Assembly: GCF_000332275.1 (NCBI RefSeq)
Contig: NZ_CM001776.1
Span: 2,761,737-2,793,736 of the forward strand
Direction: 5' to 3'
Source of the DNA: Synechococcus sp. PCC 7336
GTDB lineage: Bacteria > Cyanobacteriota > Cyanobacteriia > Thermostichales > PCC-7336
DNA length: 32,000 nt
In this document: one piece after another, positions 26,024-32,000 of the stretch
Numbering within the stretch: the first letter of the stretch is position 1
How the letters are laid out: each line of letters begins with the position of its first letter
Translations under genes and position numbers: made by a program
The notes under the pieces: model-generated
Database searches by the model: none
What the model was told of the DNA's origin: nothing
Seen by the model: the letters and a program-made list of their open reading frames with translations, nothing else

Positions 26024-28261
26024 ATGAAATTTCCGCTCCCTCGGTGGCGATCGCCCTCCGCCAGCCCTGCAAGCAGCGACACTGCCACCACCGCTGGTTT
26101 AGGCGCATTTGGTGGCGTTTACACCCCCTCTATCCTCACCATTCTGGGCGTGATCATGTATCTGCGCTTCGGCTGGGTCGTGGGTAACGTGGGGCTGCTC
26201 GGCACTTTGGTCATCGTCACACTGTCCACCTCGATTACGTTTTTGACCTCCCTCTCCGTCTGCGCGATCGCCACCGATCGCGTGGTGCGCGTCGGCGGTG
26301 CTTACTACATGGTCAGTCGCGCCCTCGGCATCGAGACCGGCGGAGCTGTGGGAATTCCCCTTTATTTCGCCCAAGCACTGTCGGTGGCCCTCTATACCAT
26401 TGGCTTTGCCGAAAGTGTGACCCTCTCGTTTGGCAATCTCAATTTGACCCTCGTTGCCCTCGTAACAACCCTAGCAGTTGCAGTCTTGGCCCTCACCTCT
26501 GCCGAAGCTGCCATTAAAGCACAGTACGCGATTATGGCAGCGATCGCCCTTTCCCTAATCTTGCTGGTATTCGGCCATCCCCTCGACCCTACTGAAACGA
26601 CGAGTGCTGTGGCTGTGGGAGTGACGGAGACAACCTCGTTTTGGCGCGTGTTTGCCGTGTTCTTTCCCGCCGTCACCGGCATTATGGCAGGGATTAATTT
26701 GTCTGGCGATCTGAAAGACCCCAGCCGTGCCATCCCGCTCGGAACCCTCGCTGCAGTGGCTACGGGATACGTTATCTACCTGATTGTGCCGATTGTTTTG
26801 GCTGCGCGGGTAGACACAGCGACGCTCATTGCCGATTCGTTGGTGATGCGCCGGATTGCGGCATGGGGACCGGCCATTTTACTGGGGGTTTGGGGGGCGA
26901 CCCTGTCCAGTGCGATCGGTAGCCTGTTGGGCGCACCGAGGGTATTGCAGGCGCTGGCCCGCGATGGCGTATTGCCTCGCTGGATGCGGATCTTGGGGAC
27001 GGGCAGTGGCCCGAACGACGAACCTCGCATCGGCACGATGGTGACACTGGGGGTGGCCCTAGCTGCGGTGAGTATTGGGGATTTGAATGCGATCGCCCCC
27101 GTACTGACAATGTTTTTTCTCACCACCTACCTCGTCCTCAACGTGGCTGCCGGGATTGAAGGGTTTGTCCAAAGCCCGTCCTTTCGGCCCACATTTCCGG
27201 TGGCCTGGTGGCTGTCACTGTTGGGGGCAGTGGGCTGCATTATCGTGATGCTGGCGATCGATCCGGCAGCTACCGTGGTGGCCGCAACGATCGTTCTGGT
27301 CATTTACTTTTGGCTGCAGCAGCGATCGCTCATCGCCACCTGGGGAGATGCTCGCAATGGCTTGCGGCTGGCACTGCTGCGGGAAGGCATTTTCCAGCTC
27401 GACCCTGCTGCCGAAGATCCCCGCAGTTGGCGCCCCAATATCTTGGCCTTGACCGGCACACCTAAAAAAAGATGGGCGCTGGTGGAGTTTGCCGATGCGT
27501 TGGTCCACAATCGCGGCTTCATTACGATCGCCAGCATTTTGCCGAGTGGGTCGCGGGATGCGGCCCAAAAAACCAATATGGAAAGTACTATCCGGGATTA
27601 TTTGGAGAAGCGGGGGGTGCAAGCACTGGTGCGGGTGATTGCCGCTCCCGATCCCTTGGATGGAGCGCTGCAACTGGTGGAAGCCTACGGTATCGGTCCG
27701 CTGGTGCCCAACACGGTGGTGCTGGGGGCCAATGGAGAGCCCGATCGCCGCGAGCGCTATTGTCAAACGATCGCCGATATTCATTGGGCGGGGCGAAGCG
27801 TTGTGGTGTTGCGGGAAAATGAAGCGCGCGGTTTTGGCCGCCGCCAGAAAATCGACGTGTGGTGGCGGGGCTTGCAGGGCAATGGCGCTCTGATGCTATT
27901 GCTGGCGGATCTCTTGCGCAACGACGTGGCTTGGCGCAACGCCGAGATTTGCCTCAACCTAGTGGTTGCAGATGAAAATGCAGCTCAATCGGCAGCGGCC
28001 AATTTGGCCGACTTGATTCGACAGTTGCGGGTGAGCAGGGCGCGATCGCAGGTGGTGGTGGCCGAAGGGCGATCGTTCGACACAATTTTGGCTGAGACTT
28101 CGCGCCATGCAGACCTGGTCTTTTTGGGCATGGCCCAGCCAGACGAGTCGTTTGCCGAACGGTATACCGAGCTAGAGGAACGCGCTGCGCAATTGCCAAC
28201 CACAGTCTTCGTTTTGGCCGATCCAGATTTTGCCTTTCAAGACATCCTGTCAGCTCAGTAA
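26024..28261 (+). CDS. APC-superfamily permease of the SLC12 / cation-chloride-cotransporter-like type with large cytosolic C-terminal domain
   Basis: LGAFGGVYTPSILTILGVIMYLRFGWVVGNVGL is the hallmark N-terminal TM1 region. There are ~12 hydrophobic segments followed by a ~270-aa soluble tail. ATG 26024 is preferred over TTG 26000. Confidence 0.8.
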   Translation: MKFPLPRWRSPSASPASSDTATTAGLGAFGGVYTPSILTILGVIMYLRFGWVVGNVGLLGTLVIVTLSTSITFLTSLSVCAIATDRVVRVGGAYYMVSRALGIETGGAVGIPLYFAQALSVALYTIGFAESVTLSFGNLNLTLVALVTTLAVAVLALTSAEAAIKAQYAIMAAIALSLILLVFGHPLDPTETTSAVAVGVTETTSFWRVFAVFFPAVTGIMAGINLSGDLKDPSRAIPLGTLAAVATGYVIYLIVPIVLAARVDTATLIADSLVMRRIAAWGPAILLGVWGATLSSAIGSLLGAPRVLQALARDGVLPRWMRILGTGSGPNDEPRIGTMVTLGVALAAVSIGDLNAIAPVLTMFFLTTYLVLNVAAGIEGFVQSPSFRPTFPVAWWLSLLGAVGCIIVMLAIDPAATVVAATIVLVIYFWLQQRSLIATWGDARNGLRLALLREGIFQLDPAAEDPRSWRPNILALTGTPKKRWALVEFADALVHNRGFITIASILPSGSRDAAQKTNMESTIRDYLEKRGVQALVRVIAAPDPLDGALQLVEAYGIGPLVPNTVVLGANGEPDRRERYCQTIADIHWAGRSVVVLRENEARGFGRRQKIDVWWRGLQGNGALMLLLADLLRNDVAWRNAEICLNLVVADENAAQSAAANLADLIRQLRVSRARSQVVVAEGRSFDTILAETSRHADLVFLGMAQPDESFAERYTELEERAAQLPTTVFVLADPDFAFQDILSAQ

Positions 28262-28322
28262 TCTGGTTGGAGGGGCTAGGATAACTGCAGAGAAGCACTA
28301 GAGAGCTGGAGGAGAGCCCGAG

Positions 28323-28574
28323 ATGAGTCCAGAAACCGAAGCTGCGTTTGATACAGTTGGCAAGCTCCTAGTACAACTGACTGAAAGGCAAACAGCAACT
28401 TCCACCCTGATTGGCCAAGTCGCACAATTACAAAAAGAGCACGAAGAAGCTAACCAACGAGAATTTGAGCTTGTCCGGCAGGAATTTGGGCTTGTTAGGC
28501 AGGAATTGGCTGAATTGCGCCAAATCGCTGACAGCAATGCTCGCTCTATTCAAGCAATCTCGCAGCAAGATTAA
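28323..28574 (+). CDS. coiled-coil miniprotein, paralog 1 (83 aa, unknown function)
   Basis: MSPETEAAFDTVGKLLVQLTERQTATSTLIGQVAQLQKEHEEANQREFELVRQEFGLVRQELAELRQIADSNARSIQAISQQD. The sequence has heptad-like character. It contains an extra 21-bp internal duplication (28467-28487 / 28488-28508). Confidence 0.6.
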   Translation: MSPETEAAFDTVGKLLVQLTERQTATSTLIGQVAQLQKEHEEANQREFELVRQEFGLVRQELAELRQIADSNARSIQAISQQD

Positions 28575-28675
28575 TCCAAAGCTTGCCTTGCAAGACATCC
28601 TGTCGGCTCGTTCATCCGAGTGCAGGGACTAGGATGGCGGTAGAGAAGAGATGGGGAAATGGAGGGGAGTCTGAG

Positions 28676-28906
28676 ATGAACCCAGAAACACAAGCTGCGT
28701 TTGAAATGGTTGGCAATCTATTGGTGCAACTGACTGAAAGGCAAACGGCAACTTCCAACCTGATTGGCCAAATCGCACAATTGCAAAAAGAGCACGAAGA
28801 AGCTAACCAACGAGAATTTGAGCTTGTCCGGCAGGAATTGGCTGAATTGCGCCAAATCGCTGACAGCAATGCTCGCTCTATTCAAGCAATCTCGCAGCAA
28901 AATTGA
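28676..28906 (+). CDS. coiled-coil miniprotein, paralog 2 (76 aa)
   Basis: MNPETQAAFEMVGNLLVQLTERQTATSNLIGQIAQLQKEHEEANQREFELVRQELAELRQIADSNARSIQAISQQN. The start is set at ATG 28676 by homology to paralog 1; the ORF track opens it at 28583. Confidence 0.6.
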   Translation: MNPETQAAFEMVGNLLVQLTERQTATSNLIGQIAQLQKEHEEANQREFELVRQELAELRQIADSNARSIQAISQQN

Positions 28907-29004
28907 TTTGAACAGCAAGGACTGGGATGATGCCAACCGCGTGCCTGCCCGCCAACCCCTTGTTACGGTAAACATGAGTCCTGCTACCCGGTAATGCCCC
29001 AGCG

Positions 29005-30000
29005 ATGGTCGATCTCCTGCGCAACGTCCCGTTAGGCACCTATCTGGAATCGCCCGTCACGTGGCTGCACCGTCTCGATCCCCGCGTTAAATTTGTTTGG
29101 CTTGTCAGTATTTTACTCAGTCCCATCTTGGCCGATGGCTGGTGGCGGTTAGCGGTGGTGGCCTTTCTCGTTCTGCTCACCTGGGGGTCGCAATTGCCCT
29201 GGCGCGTCTGGCGAGGTCAGTTGGGCATCGCTTTAGCCATCGCCCTCTTCGCCACTCTCCTCACCGCCTTTGCTCCCGAGGCGTTAGGCGTTCGTTCCGA
29301 GCCAGTGCGGCCCGCTGCCGAAATGGCTTACGGACTGCTCTTGCCCTTAGCGGAGTCCGCAGTCACCGCCGATCCGAGCGACACAGCCGCAACCGCGCCT
29401 GCAGAGATAGAGCGCCTGCGAGTCGTGGATTGGGAGCAATTGCCACAACCGACCCGCTACCGCTACGAGCTGCTGACGATACCGCCAGTGCTGGGACGAG
29501 AACTGCGGATCTCGCGGCGATCGCTGGCGATCGCTATTCGCCTCGCCACCCTCATTTTCACGCTGCTCTACAGTACGTCCCTATTTTTACTCGCCACTGC
29601 CCCTGAAGAAATCACCGAGGCGATCGCCTTTTTCTGCGCGCCTCTGCGCCCCCTCAAAGTGCCGGTAGCCGAAATTGTCTTAACTCTGACCTTAGCCCTG
29701 CGGTTTTTGCCTCTGGTGCTAGAAGAAGTGCAAAACATCGCTCGGGCCGTGCGCACCCGCGACATTCACTGGCAGGGATTGGGCTTAAAGGGGGGCGTAA
29801 AATTGGCCCTCTCTTTGGTGGAAAGGGTGCTGCAAAATCTGTTGATTCGGGCAGAACAAACCGCCTCGGCCATGCAAGTGCGAGGCTATCTCGGACCGGA
29901 GCTTGCGGTTCAGTGGCACGTACTGAAAATGCAAAGATTCGATTGGGCGATTTTAGCGGGCGTTCCCCTGTTTTGGGCCTGCCGCTTGCTCCTGTTTTAG
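29005..30000 (+). CDS. energy-coupling-factor transporter transmembrane (T) component, CbiQ/EcfT family
   Basis: The N-terminal ...[21 protein letters not shown] is followed by multiple TM segments. The conserved C-terminal region is ARAVRTRD...[14 protein letters not shown] proline/alanine-rich insertion sits mid-protein. Confidence 0.75.
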   Translation: MVDLLRNVPLGTYLESPVTWLHRLDPRVKFVWLVSILLSPILADGWWRLAVVAFLVLLTWGSQLPWRVWRGQLGIALAIALFATLLTAFAPEALGVRSEPVRPAAEMAYGLLLPLAESAVTADPSDTAATAPAEIERLRVVDWEQLPQPTRYRYELLTIPPVLGRELRISRRSLAIAIRLATLIFTLLYSTSLFLLATAPEEITEAIAFFCAPLRPLKVPVAEIVLTLTLALRFLPLVLEEVQNIARAVRTRDIHWQGLGLKGGVKLALSLVERVLQNLLIRAEQTASAMQVRGYLGPELAVQWHVLKMQRFDWAILAGVPLFWACRLLLF

Positions 30001-30131
30001 CCAAACCTACCCCACTGACAGAGCATTTCCCTGGCAGGATTGTTGCAGAATACTGCCGCTACAACTCTACAGTCGAAAGAAACCGTAAAGTCTGGTGTAA
30101 AGTGTGGGTGGTTTGCCCCCTGCTAGATTTT

Positions 30132-31313
30132 ATGAAAGCGATTACTCTTCTCGGTTCGACCGGTTCGATTGGCACCCAAACCCTCGACTTGGTGGCCCAA
30201 TACCCCGATCGCTTCCGCATTGTTGGCTTGAGTGCCCACAACAACATCGCCCGATTAGCCGAGCAAGTCCGGCAATTCAAACCCGAAATTGTGGCCATTT
30301 CCAATCCCGATAAGTTGGGGGAACTAAAAGACGCGATCGCTGGCTGCGATCCTTCGCCGCGCTTGCTGGCAGGCAGTGAAGGTGTGTGCGAGGTTGCGGC
30401 CTACGGCGATGCCAACTTAGTGGTGACCGGCATCGTGGGATGTGCGGGGTTGTTACCCACGCTGTCGGCGATCGCCGCTGGCAAAGATATCGCTCTGGCC
30501 AATAAAGAAACCCTCGTGGCAGGCGGTCCGGTCGTTCTGCCAGAGGTGAAAAAGTACGGCATTAATCTGGTTCCCGTCGATTCCGAGCATTCAGCGATTT
30601 TTCAATGCTTGCAGGGGGTTCCCGCAGGGGGCTTGCGGCGCATTATCTTGACGGCCTCCGGCGGCGCTTTCCGCGATCTGCCCATTGATAAGCTGTCTTC
30701 TGTGACCTTGGCGGATGCCCTCAAACATCCCAACTGGGTCATGGGACGCAAGATTACGATCGATTCCGCCACCCTGATGAATAAAGGGTTAGAGGTGATT
30801 GAAGCCCACTGGTTATTTGGCGGCCTCGACTACGACAACATCGATATTGTGGTGCATCCCCAAAGCATCATTCACTCTCTCATCGAGCTGCAGGATACGT
30901 CAGTCATTGCGCAGTTGGGCTGGCCCGACATGCACCTACCTATCCTCTACGGCATTAGCTGGCCGGAACGCATCTACACCGACTGGAAACCGCTGGATCT
31001 GGTGGAAGTCGCCTCTCTCACTTTCAAGGCCCCCGACCACCGCAAATATCCCTGCATGAAGTTGGCCTATGCTGCCGGACGGGCTGGGGGCACGATGCCT
31101 GCAGTCTTGAATGCGGCCAATGAAGCGGCGGTGGCCCTGTTCCTGAACGAGCAAATTGGCTATTTAGATATCGCTCGCTTGCTCGAAGCAGTGTGCGATC
31201 GCCACAACACCATCGCTCAGCCCAGCCTAGACGATATTTTGGAGGTAGATGCTTGGGCTCGCCGGATTGCAAAAGAACAGGCTGGTCTCTCGAGTGCAAC
31301 TGTCGCGGTTTGA
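30132..31313 (+). CDS. dxr: 1-deoxy-D-xylulose-5-phosphate reductoisomerase
   Basis: [19 protein letters not shown] is the NADPH-binding motif. Also present are [31 protein letters not shown] and [16 protein letters not shown] 30132 is preferred over the long ORF-track start at 29913. Confidence 0.95.
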   Translation: MKAITLLGSTGSIGTQTLDLVAQYPDRFRIVGLSAHNNIARLAEQVRQFKPEIVAISNPDKLGELKDAIAGCDPSPRLLAGSEGVCEVAAYGDANLVVTGIVGCAGLLPTLSAIAAGKDIALANKETLVAGGPVVLPEVKKYGINLVPVDSEHSAIFQCLQGVPAGGLRRIILTASGGAFRDLPIDKLSSVTLADALKHPNWVMGRKITIDSATLMNKGLEVIEAHWLFGGLDYDNIDIVVHPQSIIHSLIELQDTSVIAQLGWPDMHLPILYGISWPERIYTDWKPLDLVEVASLTFKAPDHRKYPCMKLAYAAGRAGGTMPAVLNAANEAAVALFLNEQIGYLDIARLLEAVCDRHNTIAQPSLDDILEVDAWARRIAKEQAGLSSATVAV

Positions 31314-31403
31314 GTGGAGTCAAGGCGGAGGCGATCGCATGCTCGAGCCTTTATGCACGCAGTTCCATGTAGAGATGGGCAGTAGCCAGTTTCGCTTGCA
31401 CTC

Positions 31404-31967
31404 TCAGACATCCTTGCCGACAAACAGTCTCTCAACCGAAATCTCAATCTCGGGGAAGGCCAGCGGAGAAACCGTGCCGCATTGCTGCATCACCTTTGAA
31501 GTGTAATCCCCATCGACGGGCTCGCGGTGAATCCACAACTGCCGCTGTTCTACATCCAAAACCCAATACTCTCCGATACTATTCCTGGCATACATCTCGG
31601 CCTTCCGGCCCAAATCAAGGGCAACCGTAGTTTTCGACACTTCAACCACCCAATAAAAATCCTCCGATCGCGGCAATCTCTCCATATAAATCGTCCCCAG
31701 CGGGGCCACTACCGCCACATCCGGTTCGGGCTCCGACCCATCGGCGGATAACTCGATCGGGCCGGGGGGAAGCACCTGGGCGCGATCGCCTAAAAGTTGT
31801 TTCAAGTAATCCAAAACTGAGGCATTCGTGTAGCGGTGGAGGGGGCCTTCTGGGGCCATTTCAACAATGTCTCCGCCAATGAGTTCGACTTTGCGTCCGG
31901 CTAACACGCCCGCCTCGATCGTGCGGTGGTAGTCCGTCAGAGACCACTTCGCCAGCGTCAAGCCCAT
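31404..31967 (-). CDS. Uma2-family (DUF820) restriction-endonuclease-fold protein
   Basis: LTDYHRTIEAGVLAGRKVELIGGDIVEMAPEGPLH...PDVAVV...WVVEVSKTTVALDLGRKAEMYARNSIGEYWVLDV is the typical Uma2 PD-(D/E)xK layout. ATG 31967 is preferred as the start. Confidence 0.85.
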   Translation of the reverse strand: MGLTLAKWSLTDYHRTIEAGVLAGRKVELIGGDIVEMAPEGPLHRYTNASVLDYLKQLLGDRAQVLPPGPIELSADGSEPEPDVAVVAPLGTIYMERLPRSEDFYWVVEVSKTTVALDLGRKAEMYARNSIGEYWVLDVEQRQLWIHREPVDGDYTSKVMQQCGTVSPLAFPEIEISVERLFVGKDV

Positions 31968-32000
31968 TTTGCCTGCCCTACCGCGACAGCATTGCAATCA

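Larger units (their letters stand above)
28231..28915. repeat. Tandem segmental duplication, unit ~353 bp (copy A 28231-28583, copy B 28584-~28915)
   Basis: Copy B repeats the last ~26 nt of the transporter gene (TGCCTTTCAAGACATCCTGTCAGCTC versus TGCCTTGCAAGACATCCTGTCGGCTC). It also repeats the leader and the whole miniprotein gene, with scattered substitutions. Confidence 0.9.

Noticed and set aside
24064-27784. Long antisense ORFs inside the two transporter genes (24064-24894, 25093-25692, 27215-27784 and several 80-120-aa ORFs)
   Set aside because: They overlap well-supported polytopic membrane-protein frames. They are Arg/Pro/Ser/Ala-rich shadow frames of GC-rich sequence.
1-32000. Scan by eye for tRNA, rRNA or tmRNA, CRISPR arrays, transposases and integrases
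   Set aside because: I found no T-loop-type GGTTCGAATCC-like motif outside coding sequence; the GGTTCGACCGGTTCGATTGG at ~30155 encodes the dxr GSTGSIG motif. I saw no regularly spaced repeats and no DDE or tyrosine-recombinase motifs. A computational scan with tRNAscan-SE or Infernal would be needed to be sure.

Overview
This is a cyanobacterial chromosomal window. The GC-rich backbone is saturated with the HIP1 octamer GCGATCGC and carries dnaE, ybaB-recR, dxr, clpS, a yqjG-like GST, transporters and a Uma2 endonuclease. It is interrupted by visibly AT-richer segments in which I found no HIP1 copy, so they look horizontally acquired. Segment A (window edge to ~4540) encodes an Hsp70/actin-fold ATPase-like protein, cut by the left edge, followed by a 1050-aa SNF2-family helicase with a long unassigned C-terminal region. 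I cannot match this pair to any named defence system and rate it the best candidate for an undescribed conflict module. Segment B (11541-15554) has an 850-bp AT-rich leader with paired direct repeats. It then encodes a complete cytosine-5 DNA methyltransferase, 10 nt later an ABC-type ATPase fused to a Toprim-like (OLD/PARIS-like) C-terminal domain, and then an orphan XRE/HigA2-like HTH. Segment C (16291-17162) is a solitary DUF3800 gene directly upstream of dnaE. It is separated from B by a native-like GC-rich block of nested hairpin repeats. The backbone also holds several toxin-antitoxin loci in different states of decay: a higBA-like remnant, a vapBC-like pair with a truncated PIN, a second PIN fragment, tacAT with a frameshifted GNAT toxin, and an intact relBE. 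Other features are a ~353-bp tandem segmental duplication producing two coiled-coil miniprotein paralogs, an intein-less contiguous dnaE, and a C/A-rich stop-poor block over the first kb of dnaE. I saw no rRNA, tRNA, CRISPR array, transposase or integrase. All functional calls come from motif recognition by eye; no database search was run.
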